DNA from: the human T2T-CHM13v2.0 reference genome, Homo sapiens
Strand: one strand, 5' to 3'
Length of the DNA: 64,000 nucleotides
Assembly: GCF_009914755.1 (NCBI RefSeq)
Contig: NC_060928.1
Shown here: positions 1-12,944 of the stretch, piece after piece
Layout of the letters: each line of letters starts with the position of its first letter
Numbering within the stretch: position 1 is the first letter of the stretch
Made by a program: the position numbers and the translations under genes
The notes under the pieces: model-generated
The model's database searches: none
Seen by the model: only the letters and a program-made list of their open reading frames with translations
Told to the model about the DNA's origin: nothing

Positions 1-336
1 AGTACTTCATTGAGCTAAGAATAATTAATGTGGAGTGTTGAAAGATCATTCTGTATTTTATGCACATGTTCCAGATAACAGCATAAGGACCTATGAAAAG
101 CAAGAAAAAAGTTTTCTGGGGCTGTCATCTTTGATCACATAGAGATGGAGTGTGTGTTCATACACCAGCCATTCCTGTCCGTCCTTGCCACCACTGACTT
201 AGACCAGGTGACACATGGGCCTTAGTATGAATGTTGTAATTGGAGAATCTGCCTCAATTTTGAGCTCAACTCCAGTCTGTAGACTTGCTGATACAGTAGT
301 ATTTGTCTATCACAGCACTTAGAAATGATAGCCTGT

Positions 337-639
<303 letters not shown>

Positions 640-871
640 TTATGGCTATATCTCTGTATCCTGTATTTAACTTATAGTCATGTGGTGTTATGAAAAAAAG
701 TAATCAGTATATATTGAGCACTTCTTTGTACCAAGCTAAGTAATTTGGAAAGACTTGTTTGTATTTTGACCTGGATTCAGATTCCACCTCTGCTACATAC
801 TGGCTTCATGACCTCAGTCAAGTTACTTAGCCCATCTGAGCTTCGGTGTTTGTTTTTTTCTGTATGACAGT

Positions 872-1367
872 TGTATGATTCTGCTAGGACAGCCATAGCC
901 GAGTACCACAGACTGGGCAGCTTAAATGGCAGTCTTATTTTCTAGTAATTCTGGAGGCTAGAAGTCTGAGATCAAGGTGTTGGCAGGATTGGTTTCCTCT
1001 GAGGCACCTCTCCTTGGCTTGTAGGTGGCTCTTGTCACATGGTCTTACCTCTGTGCCTGTATCTTTGTCCTAATCTTCTTTTCTTTTAAGGAGACCAGTA
1101 ATATTGGATTAGGGCCCACCCTAATGACCTCATTTTAACTTAATTACCTCCTTAAAGACCCTATGTTCCCTGTAATCCTAGCACTTTGGGAGGCCCAGGT
1201 TGGAAGATCACTTAAGCCCAGGAGTTTGAGACCAGCCTGGGCAACAAGGCGAGACCCCTGTCTCTGTTTAAACAGAAAAAAAGAATCCCGTGTCTGAATA
1301 CAGTCACATTCTGGGGGGTAAGGAATTCAACATGAGTACTTGAGGGACATGTCCAGCCGCCTGTAAC
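872..1367. mobile_element. MLT1-type MaLR LTR interrupted by an Alu left monomer (~1168-1283, +)
   Basis: taccacagactggg...ttctggaggctagaagtctgagatcaaggtgttggcagg and ggattagggcccaccctaatgacctcattttaact motifs; the LTR resumes at aatacagtcacattctg. Confidence 0.75.
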
Positions 1368-1397
1368 AGCAGTGAAAATGACATGTGCTCAAGTGGG

Positions 1398-1655
1398 TTT
1401 ATTTTACTTTTTAATTTTTGTGGGTACACAGTAGGTATATATATTTGTGGGTTATCTGTAATATTTTGATACAGGCATGCAATGTGTAATAATTACATCA
1501 GGGTAAATAGGGTATCTATCACCTGAGGCATTTTTGTTGTTGTTCTTGCAAACAAATATACTCTTTTATTTTAAAATGTATGATTAAATTATTTTTGACT
1601 ATAGTCACCCTGTTGTGCCAGCAAATACTAGGTGGCACAATTTTTTTGTACCCAT
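1398..1655 (-). mobile_element. L1MA-type 3' end fragment inside a MIR
   Basis: tttttgtgggtacacagtaggtatatatatt...ttttgatacaggcatgcaatgtgtaataat...atagtcaccctgttgtgc; MIR-like sequence flanks at ~760-870 and ~1660-1730. Confidence 0.7.
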
Positions 1656-1886
1656 TCAAGTGTTGTGTTGTTGTGAGGATTAAATGAAATAGTATATGCA
1701 TGTGAGCTTAGTGCATGCATAATGTTAGCTTTCTCCTTGCTAGAGCGGGGTAGAATCTTGTTTTCTTTATATTCTATCCAAGTATAAACAGTAAATAAAT
1801 GTCAGTGAAATTGTGTTTTAAGTATGTAGGTGCCCCTTTTCATAATTCTCATCTTCCTCGCCTCCACTCTTGCAACTAAATTAGTA

Positions 1887-2180
1887 TTTTTTTCTTTTCT
1901 TGAGATGGAGTCTTGCCTTGTCACCAGGCTGTAGTGCAGTGGTGCTATCTCGGCTCACTGCAACCTCCACCTCCCAGGTTCTAGCGATTTTCCTGCCTCA
2001 GCCTCCTGAATAGCTGGGACAACAGGCGTGCGCCACCACGCCCAGCTAATTTTTGTATTTTTAGTAGAGGTTGGGTTTCACCATGTTGGGCAGGATGGTC
2101 TTGATCTCTTGACCTCGGGATCTGCCCTCCTCGGCCTCCTAAAGTGCTGGGATTACAGGCGTGAGCAACTGCGCCAGGCC
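1887..2180 (-). mobile_element. Alu (Sc-like)
   Basis: Full antisense Alu; TSD ctaaattagta / ctaaatgagta. Confidence 0.93.
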
Positions 2181-4039
2181 CTAAATGAGTAATTTAATGC
2201 TAATTTAAGGGGATCTCTCCTGAGAAGTTCTCTCTACTTCTGCTCTCTGCGCACTGGGACGTGCCATCTCCACCTTTAAACTGCGCTAGGCCCTTGTTCC
2301 CTTCCCAGTTGGCAGGATTATCTGAGACTTCTCTAGATAAGAGCAGTGGACTTCAGCTCCCTCTCCCTAGGTTCCGTGTTTCCACCTGGCGGTAGTGTGT
2401 ATCTGCCAGTTGACACTTTACATCACACAGTTTGTGATTTTTAGGTCTGCTCTGCCTTTCTCCTCTCTCCTCTCTGCAGTTTTTTATCTTTTTTTTAAGC
2501 CACAGTTCTACAGACAGATGGGAAGTTTAGAGCAAGGTAGGATAGGCGAGTGAGAAAGCAACATGAGAAAAATGAGTATAGGCTTATTGACTTAATGTTC
2601 TAGCTCAGACTTGTACCACAGGCCTGTGCCTTGTGGCGAGTGAACTGTAATTCCTCTGAGGATGTCTCTCTTGAATGTTTGACAAGGCATTAGCAATCAT
2701 CTGTCGCCCAGGGAATTCCAAACAAAAACAGATGAGTTTAAAATCCTAGGGTATAAACGGCCACAGAATTGTTTAACTTGTTGACTTCTAGGGGAAAATA
2801 TGTATTCTACAAATGTTATTACAGAGTTTTTACAGGCATTTTTATTATTAATGATGGGAAGCTTCCTGGAGCATTCTCTTAAGTCTAGTGGGGTTACTAA
2901 ATGTAGTTTTCCAACTGGAGCTTGGTTTCCTGAAAGCTATTCTTGGTGGGGTGGATGAGTGCAGCTGTCGTATCTCTTAGTATTTCAGTTTGAGTCATTG
3001 GGTGGGCGGAACTGATTAGAATTCCAAAAGCAATACATATAGGAGTTAGGTGGAACTCTTTTGGAATTAAGTAGGAAAGATTTTGACGGAACTCCTGCAT
3101 TCCAGAGTTTAGTGGTAAAAAGAACACTTTATGTACAGAGTATTTGGGTAAATGTCTTCTGCATTTTGCTTTAGTTTTTTCTATGTTGGTAGAAGGGACA
3201 CTTTATATTAAGAAGCTGTTACAATGTATTGTCAAGATAGAGTTATTTGAAAATATTTAAAAATAGCAGATTTCCCTTCTAAACATGCTGACTTCTTGTA
3301 GGTTAATGTGACGTTACTTTCATTAATGTACATATGTATGTATATATTATCATGTCTTCTTTTAAACACTTTACAGAGCTTTATAGTAAGTTCACCCAGT
3401 TCATCACAAGTTAGAATTTTGCTGCATCCTATATGCCTCACGGGAAGAGACATTATCTTGTGGAAAGTGGCTTTTGTGCTAATAAATAAACATCCCTTGG
3501 AATGTTACCCTCCATAGCAAAGGGGCCATGGAAGGCTCTGTGTTTTAGGATTACAGCTGCCCAGAGACAGCTTGGGAAACAGTGTTATGTTTTACAGTAT
3601 CTATTAGAAATCAACTCGATGTACACTTAAATATTGTATTCTGAGTTATAACACAGCAAACTGACATTGTAATGTTTTCCAATATGTGATTTTCATTGTT
3701 GCCATGATGTCATAAGGATTTAAAAACAGTTATCTGTTTTTCGTGGGCAGAACTTAAAACAGTGTTAAAAAGCATGCACTCTGTGTACCAAAAGCCTTAA
3801 AGTGGAATGATAGGGAATCCCTATGGGGTAAAGAGAAGATTCTTGATTCTCTACCTTGGTTCTTTAGAATGTGAGTCAATACATTAAGAACCTGGACTGC
3901 TCTGAAACAGAGGCACATTTGAGAGCTCCTGGAAACCCCTTTATAGGATTATTTCCTTGTCTTTGTTCTTTAGTCCTTGATTTGTTGTCAAGTGAAGCTT
4001 GAGATATGTCTTGCAGCCATTTGAGAAGCAGCACATCTG

Positions 4040-4280
4040 GTTAGAAGCAGAGACTGGGGAACCTGATTGCCTGGGTGAGTCATTCCTGGCTCTGCCACTC
4101 CAGCTTTGTGATCTCAGGCAAGTTACCTCTCTCTGCCCCAGTTTCCTCAGCTGTAAAATGGGATAATAATAATATTCATAAGATAGTTGTGATAATGAAA
4201 TGAGTTAATAAATGTAAGGCAATTTAGGATAGTGCCTGGCACATAGTTAGCCCTGTATAAAAATGTTGACTCTTATTATC
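4040..4280 (+). mobile_element. MIR
   Basis: ggctctgccact...ggcaagttacctctctctgccccagtttcctcagctgtaaaatgggataat...agtgcctggcacatag. Confidence 0.8.
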
Positions 4281-4999
4281 TTGGTACATGTTAAATTCCT
4301 ATATTTGACCATGTTCAGACCAAGTTGATATCCACTTCCATTTGTTCCACATTCCTGACCTAATTTGTCTTGGGGTCTCCAGCCAAAATCTAAGATTCCC
4401 CAGGCTAGGCAAGCATGAACTCTTGTTCTTAGTGGAATCTGTGTGGCAGAATTTATTTCTGCAGGTATCCAATGTTGTTGGATGGGTTTGGTTTGCCTGT
4501 AAGAGTGTGCAGGTGGAAAACATGACCTGGGTTTGTGTCTGTAGGGTTTAAAGTATGTGTTTAGGACAAGGGTTATATAAGGACAATTTTGAAGTCAAAG
4601 TTTTAATCTCTTTTTCTTCCCCTCAGGTTTCTTTATTCTATAACATATTTACTTATTTATTATAACCTTTAGGGCTCAGCCTCTTTATTTCCTGTGACTT
4701 TGTTTATTTCATGAGAGGGTGACCACCCAGGATTTACAAAGCTTCTTGTGTGTTGTGGAAGATAGTATAAAATTCAAATAATGCTTTTACCTGAGCACTA
4801 GTGTGTGTTTCGTTTCTTCCTTGAACTTGCTTAAAGAGGTAAGCAAGATTACCTCTTGGGGCAAAGATTCTTGGCAGAGATGAGAAGAACATTTTTTCAT
4901 TGACAGAGTCTCAACAGGACCCCCAGCTGACATAGAAACACTTGTTTTGCTGTCTTCTCCATGCTGATCCTTTGCCACAGCCCTTTCCTCCTTGATGTA

Positions 5000-5302
5000 T
5001 TTTTTTTTTTTTTTGAGACGGAGTTTCGCCCTTTTGTCCAGGTTGGAGTGCAGTGGCATGATCTGGGCTCACTGCAACCTCTGTCTTCCAGTTTCAAGTG
5101 ATTCTACTGCCTCAGGAGTACTCTACTTCTGAGTAGCTGGGATTATAGGCTCTCGCCACCACGCCTGGCTAATTTTTGTATTTTTAGTAGAGACGGGGTT
5201 TCACCATGTTGGCCAGGCTGGTCTTGAACTCCTGACCTCGTGATCCACTCGCCTCGGCCCCCCAAAGTGCTGGGATTACAGGCGTGAGCCACCGCACCGG
5301 CC
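5000..5302 (-). mobile_element. Alu (Sg/Sx-like) with a small internal insertion
   Basis: Poly-T followed by an antisense Alu dimer. Confidence 0.93.
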
Positions 5303-5699
5303 TGATGGTCATTAAGTGCCCTCAGCATTCTCACTCCTGGAGTCCAGGCCTAAAGCTTGCATCCCTCCTCCTGGCCAGTCCCCAGCCTTTAGAAATAAAT
5401 AGGCTTTAAATGAGTTCTGCTGTTTGCTGTTCTGCCCTAGGCTGAGGCTAATGGAGGTGGTCTGTCTGCATGAGCAGAGCTGTGTGTGAGAGGCTGCTTG
5501 GAGAAAGCAATACCTGTTGTCTTAGGGGCCAGCCTCAGGGGCCAGTGACAGTTAAGACTCTTCCTCAGAGCTGCATTAGGGGCCTATCAAGCCTTGCTCT
5601 CACATACGCAGAATAAGCACCTTGTAGCCTGGCCTGGTAGGAGAAAGGTGATTATTGTCAGTACCCCTGGTCCTTGTTTCCTTTTCACCCAGAAGGCAG

Positions 5700-6105
5700 A
5701 GTGGGTATATGGAAAGATCACAGGCTTTTTGGCTACGCTGACCTGGTTTTGAATTCTGGCTCTGCCACTCAGCCTATTAGTACAAATAAATAATGCACAC
5801 TGAGTCTTAGTTTCCTCCTCCCTAGGCATGGGGGCTCTAAATCCTTTTGCACAGAACTATGGTATAAAACAGCATGTATGCAGCACATCTGGATAGTGGC
5901 AGGCTCTGATGATGATAATAATATCACTAATACTGATAGAATGCTTACTATATACCAGATATTGTCATGAGATATAATGTATGTTATTTGACCCTTCCCA
6001 CAACAACATCTCCGTTTTACACACTAGGAAACTGAGGCATAGAAAAGTTCCGTAAGCTGGCTATGATGGCACCGAGCACAAAGCCCAGATTTAAATCCAG
6101 GCTCC
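5700..6105. mobile_element. Two MIR fragments in opposite orientation
   Basis: gaattctggctctgccactc...ttagtttcctc (+) and ggaaactgaggcataga...atttaaatccagg (-). Confidence 0.6.
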
Positions 6106-6256
6106 GAAAAGTTAGCTCCACAGTTTTTCAGATGGAGAATTTTTTGAGATTTCTAAGACTTTTGATAATATAAAATACCACTACTTGCAATCATTTATGG
6201 CCTCTGCGTAATCATTAACTTGTAGCTGGTGTATTTATCTTGTGTAGACCTGCTAG

Positions 6257-6614
<358 letters not shown>

Positions 6615-7341
6615 TGATAGAATTTTAATACTTGTTCTGGTTCAATGTGAAGCATATTTCTCCCTTCAGAGACTTACCTGTGGGGCTCCCCCAAGACAGC
6701 AAGCTGACTAGAAATCATTGTTCTAGAACTTTTGATAAATGTGCACAAGAGAGACTCTCCTATTCCCTTTGTTTCCTTGCCCATGTGACTTGAAGCTCTG
6801 CTGCTTCTGTTGGGTGAAGGTTTGATAGGGAACAGCTGCCTCGCTCATGGGGCAGCATTGGGAGCTTAGTGCACTGGGACTTGTATCGCAGCATGGACTT
6901 CACCTTGCCTGTTGGAGGCTGAGACAGCAAAATGCAGTTCGTCCAGATGCTGTGAAGAGTTTCGAGGACTTTCGTTAGGACGATAGTACTATGGTAAAAG
7001 CTTTGGGGTGGGCTCTGTCCTACGAGAGAGCGTGTCTTTCCTTCCTGGTGGCCTGCAGTGACATTGACGCTCTGGAGATAAGTGGCTATATTCATCACTG
7101 ATCTGAGCAACCTATGACTGGGCGTGTCCTGGCAGCAGAAAATAACTGCTATGCTGATAGCTGTTACAGTCAGTTTTCTTCTTGGACATAAATTTACATT
7201 AATGTTAAACTGTTTTAAGGTGCATATGCATGATTTGCGTTTCAGCTATGTATCTCTGGCCTTTTACCATTAGGAAATTTGGTTTTCTGTCTTTGCTAAT
7301 TGAATTAGAGTCTGTGTGGCTGGATAGAATCGTCTGGGTAG

Positions 7342-7645
<304 letters not shown>

Positions 7646-9128
7646 GGGTAGGGTGTAATTTCCAAAGTTGACCTCACGTTGAACCTAAGGCTTAAAGATA
7701 TAACCTTCCTGTCAGACGGTCAGATCTCTTAACACTGGATCACACTGACTGACCTTTAAGGGTGACTCATGTCTGTGTCATTTCCAGCAGCATCTTTAGT
7801 ATACCTCTGGAGGGATAGTTTCCTTCTCTAAGTAGTAAAAGGTGAACCAGGAGGTGTTGGGGGAGTGGACTCTGCTTTTCATTTCTTTGAATAATATACA
7901 TGAAATTATACATTGTGGTCCTTATTGTGCCATCAATTTTGTGTTTTTAATAATCCAAGTTTCTAAAGACACTCTTTCCTATAGATGGGGAGATAAAACT
8001 TGAGGAATTGGAATCCTCATGCTAGAAAGGCACGTTGCAGGTCCAGCCAGTGTGTAGTTACTGTTCATTAGTCTATGCATGGCACTCAACTAGATGACAT
8101 GAGGATCCAGACAAGTCTTGCTTTCTGCCTTCAAGTTGCTTATACTTTAGGTGGAGGTATCAGTGATGTAAAAACTACATGGGTTTGTGACAGGGGAGAT
8201 CCTGCTAGAAGTGTCGGTTTAGCGCTGAGAGGAGCAAAATGATTTGAAATAGATGGCATTTTTTCATGCCTGCTCAGACAGGATTTTTGCATGTGTGTGA
8301 ATTTCCTCACCTTTGAAAGAGTGGGTGCTGCCTGTTGTATGATAGATGTCTGACATAAAATGCCTCTTTTTGCCCCTCATATCACGTGGCCTAGTGTAAT
8401 TGGGGGGTTATTCTGGGAAAACAATTAGATATGCATTGTGTTTACAGTGTGCTACAACTCTTTAACCTGGGACATAACTTACCGAGATCTGCCATGACAT
8501 GAGCCGCTTTCTCACAGTCCTGTTGGAGACCTGCCTGCCAAGGGCACAGAGCATTAAATGGTGGGCAAAAGTTATGCTAACTGAAGTCTGTTTTGTCTTA
8601 GGGTCTTTCACAGCCCTTTTTCATATTTCAGTTTTGTTAAAGCCCTAGAGCAGGGATGAGAAATTTGTAGTAAATATGCACGTGTTCTCTCCCTCATACC
8701 CCAAGAAGCTGCTCATAGGGGTGTTGCTAATCAAAATGTCCTATTCCTGCCTGGGTATAGCCTTAGAGTATTTCTTAACACATGATTCCTGGATGTCGCT
8801 CCTTTTTGCTCCAAACTGGCACATTTTATAAAATCTGTTTGTAATCTCCTTTGCAGTGTTATCCTCTTGCTCCATTTCATTTTAATAAGTGTTGAGTGAG
8901 TGGTACAGGGAATGAATTCTGTTGGAGGCCAAAAAATAAGAACACTTAGAATGACCAGTAAAGAGTTTATGGTGGAAGGACTTAAACTTTAATTTGAAGG
9001 GTAGATAGGATTTAGGTAGGTGGCGGGGAGGAAGCTGTCCTGTGAACTAAGGTACTGAAAAGGAAAGTAGAAATCATGACGTGGGAATAGCGAATATGTG
9101 TTTGGTAGATGTGGAGGGTTTCTTCCGG

Positions 9129-9290
9129 GCAGTGGTTCCCAGGGTTTGTGTGTATCAGTCATCTGCTGGACTGCATCTTCAGTTTCCATTTCAGTAGGTC
9201 CTGTGGTAGCGCCCTGGAATTTGCATTTCTAGCAGGTTCCCAGGTGATGCTGATGTTGCTGGTTCAGGGGCTGCACGTGAGAACCACTGC
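9129..9290. mobile_element. MER5A-like hAT MITE
   Basis: Termini cagtggttc...gagaaccactg; internal gaatttgcatttctagcaggttcccaggtgatgctgatg. Confidence 0.8.
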
Positions 9291-11168
9291 TGTGGGGAGC
9301 ATGTAAGCTGCGGCCAGAGGAGTCATGCTGGAGCAGAGGTGGAGGGTAGGACAGCCTGGCACCCACCTCCAGGGACCACTCTTGGCAGGTGTGCACTGCG
9401 TTGTGACTTGTATGAAGCAGTGGCCCTGGGCCCAGGGATCTTGAGTACCAGCCTAAGGAGCTGGCACTCTCTTTAGGCAGTGGGAAGCCATTGACAAATT
9501 TTGATCAGGAGAATATTATTGGCATCTCCTTTCAGTTAATTTGGTAGATGGGGAAGGGTCCTGAGGGGGGAAAGCAAGCTGTAGCATAGTGCAGTGTCCC
9601 CCAGATGGATTATCTCAGGAGTGCATTTGGGAGAGAGAATTGGAAGGCTGGATGTTCAGTGAGGAAGGTAAGGAAGAGAGAAGAATGCAAAGGTGACCCA
9701 ACATTTCCTTCAGTTTGGGAGTCTGGGGAGTGGTGATCACATTGACAGAAAGGGGAAGTCAGAGCAAGAGCACAAATGATCAGTTACTTTAAAACTGAGT
9801 TTAAGTTATTTTCTTCCAAAGATGATTGCCTATCCTGTTTTCAGAAGGGTCTATGAATGTACCATGCCTTTTGTTTTGTCTGTAATGTTTAAGCTTTTCA
9901 TGATTCTAAATATGTAATCTGTTGACCCTGAAATTTCCTCTTATTCTGAGGTTTAAATGGAAGAATGTTGTTTAAAAATGCACTAAGCCATTTCACTGTA
10001 ATTTTCCCTAGACACTTACACCCTTATAGTCTTGCCCGAGTATGAGTGGGACAATGTCACTTTTGCTCTTCGTACATAAGCCTTGTTACATGGGATTGCA
10101 GTATCTTTAATTTTTCTGGAAGTTACTAATTTCTAATTATCTGAACATTATGAACACTTACAGATTTGTTTATTTCAGTTTTCCCCTCATTTTCAAAGTA
10201 ATATGTGCTCATTGTAGAAAAGTTGGAACATAATTATAAAATTAAAAATCTGTGAGCTACCCATAAATTACTCCTTTGATGGCTGCACTCGTTTCACTTC
10301 CCCTTTTCTGTGGCTGTGGGTGGATCTGGGAGCAGAGCTGGTCCCGTGTCTGGATCAGGGCCGAGGCTCAGCATGCCAGTGTGTGGAGTTAGGTGACAGA
10401 TTCTGCCCTACCTCTCCTCTCCTACCCAGTATCTAGCTACACCCCAACTTTGCATGCGGTCACATTACTGGGAGTGACAGTAGCCCCGCTAAGGGTGAAA
10501 CAAAATGGTACCATAGTGGAGGAGGGAGCCCGGTCAGCAGGCTTGAAGGAAAGAGGGCAGTGTTTATAGAGGTGATGAAATGCTGTGCTCAGCTTGGTCT
10601 CATTTGCGTGTCTTTTTGAGACTTTAGGGCCTTGGGAAGAAGGAGACTAGGAAAAAAAAGACTGAACTGTATTATCAGTGCAGGGAGCAGGCAGCCCTGT
10701 TGTGGGATTCCCCTCTTCTCCTTTGCATGGAGAGGGACTTGAGAAGGGGAAGTCACTTGCCTATCCAGAGAGAAGGAAATACCCAGGTCATAACAAGCCT
10801 GCCTCATCTTGTGGGTGGTATAAGCAGGGCAGCAGCCATGGGGTGACAGAAAAGGCAAGTAGTAACAGAACTTGAGACACAGCAGGGTGAGCAGGTACCT
10901 AAAGGAGTGCTGCCGGCATGGCATCCTCTGAGAGCAAGTCCACCTAGGGTGGACTGGGCCAAGGGAAGATGCCTCACTAGGCTGGTATCATCAATTTTGT
11001 GTGGGTTAAGCCATTTGTCCTCCACCTCCCACTTTTGGGAGAATGAGAGAAGACGCTCCAGAGAATGAGAGAAGACGCAAGGGCTCAGATTTGCATTTGA
11101 TGGTGGGAAACTTAACCCTATAGATTTAGGGAGTAACTGTTAGTGACCTAACCTAGGACTACTGGCGG

Positions 11169-11396
11169 GGCCGGGCAAGGTGATTCACGCCTGTAATACC
11201 AGCATTTCGGGAGGCTGAGGCGGGCGGATCACGAGGTCAAGAGATCGAGACCATTCTGGCTAACATGGTGAAACCCCGTCTCTACTAAAAAATACAAAAT
11301 TTAGCTGTGCCTGTAGTCCCAGCTACTCAAGAGGCTGAGGCAGGAGAATCACTTGAACCCGGGAGGTGGGGGTTGCAGTGAGCTAAGATTGTGCCA
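11169..11396 (+). mobile_element. Alu (Sc/Y-like), 3'-truncated with an internal deletion
   Basis: Starts ggccgggc and ends abruptly at gattgtgcca with no tail. Confidence 0.9.
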
Positions 11397-11756
11397 GAAA
11401 CTATTGGGGGATAGGTAGGTGTGGCAACCGTTTAATTTTTGACCAAACTGGGACATGATTTCATATTTACATTGGGCTGGACCTGGCAAGCCAGGATGTA
11501 GGCTCACCCTACATATGGGGAATATGCAAGTCATATATACACATTTAAAAATACGGGGAGCTACTTTTACATCTTAAATACCGCCTTGTCAAGACCCTCA
11601 ACTATGTTCATACTATGACATTTTTGTTTTGTTCTCCATTTTTAAAAAAGGGTATAGTAGTCCTTATTATGACTATGTTGCCATACTAAATGTTTTACTA
11701 AGAATATCGTTAATGGCTAAGTGTTTCACCTTCTAAATGTACCAGTTTTCTTTCAT

Positions 11757-11758
11757 TT

Positions 11759-11789
<31 letters not shown>

Positions 11790-11842
11790 GAGACAGTCTT
11801 GCTCTGTCGCCCAGGCTGGAGTGCAGTGGCGCAATCTCGGCT
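11757..11842 (-). mobile_element. Short Alu 3' fragment
   Basis: Poly-T plus gagacagtcttgctctgtcgcccaggctggagtgcagtggcgcaatctcggct. Confidence 0.88.
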
Positions 11843-12686
11843 TAGTTTTCTTTATTAATTGCATACAATTACTAATCTAGATTTCTTTCCAGCTATTTGT
11901 TATTATAAGTGATAGCAAAGTACATCTTTACGCGTCAGTATTTCCATAGTTAAATTCTTAGTCAGATTTGTATAATTCTTGATACATATTGCTAAACTCT
12001 AGGTATCTATTTTAAATCTGAGTTTCCACATTGGAAAACTGACAGTTGAGTTTCATTGATTTCTGAAATACGGTAAAATAAGTGGCTTTTAAAAAGTCGC
12101 TGAATAGTTTTACCGCTTAGTATGTCTCTTGTGACCTTGCCTTGCAAAGGGGTAATATAGCAAAGTAACAACTTGAATGAAGAGAACAGTTTTATTGCTA
12201 GTGCAGCATTTGCCACATTGCCATAAGGTGAATGTCCTGCAGAGAGACTGAATCATACTGAATTTAATTGTGGTGGGTGTGTGGGGTTTAGGCATACAAA
12301 TACTTGACTCTGAAAATTGACAGTTTGGCACAGTATGGTTGAAAGATCATGTATTGGGCGTGTTGAACTACGTTGAGTTTTCATGAGGAGCAAGACTCTA
12401 TGTCTTTGAAGTTGTGTAGTGTCATGGAGTGCTGGTGGCATTTTCCACATGGCATATGCGTTTTATTATCAGCATGAAATTAATACATTTTCAGGAGTGG
12501 GTTCTTCCGGTATGAGTCATTTACTAGTTAGAGAATACTTTGTGGAAACAGTTGTCAGCAGAAAGAGTCGTCTTAACATCAGCAAGAACTAAAGCTGAGA
12601 AATCTGCTTTGTGAGAACTGTGTACATCGCTGGGTCAAATGACCTGAAGGTGTTTTGTAAAGCCCTGTGTGGTAATCGGTTCAGTC

Positions 12687-12760
12687 ACTGCTAATATCTA
12701 AATGCAGCATGCCAGTCCTGAGATGCAGGGACTGGCATGCTGCATTTATATATTAGCAGT
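12687..12760 (+). ncRNA. MIR4799: pre-miRNA hairpin mir-4799 (intronic, sense to host)
   Basis: 74-nt hairpin with 32-bp arms and one mismatch. It contains ATCTAAATGCAGCATGCCAGTC (12696-12717) and ACTGGCATGCTGCATTTATATA (12731-12752), which I recall as miR-4799-5p and -3p. Confidence 0.88.
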
Positions 12761-12944
12761 CTGAGATGCCCAGTACTGACTGTGGTACAACTTGTTCTGA
12801 GGGGTCAGACCAGTTTGCAAACAGGAAAGAAGAGACTTCTGGAAAATTTATGTGTGTAAAGACTTCCTGGTTAGTTTGACAGCATTCCTGAGTTATTCAC
12901 AGCTCAGCTAGTCTCTAAAGACTCCAAAGACCCAGGAAAAATTT

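Noticed and set aside
2379-2397. CTCF-like motif (reverse strand ccgccaggtggaa), and a similar one near 17688
   Set aside because: Each mismatches a conserved core position and cannot be supported without ChIP data.
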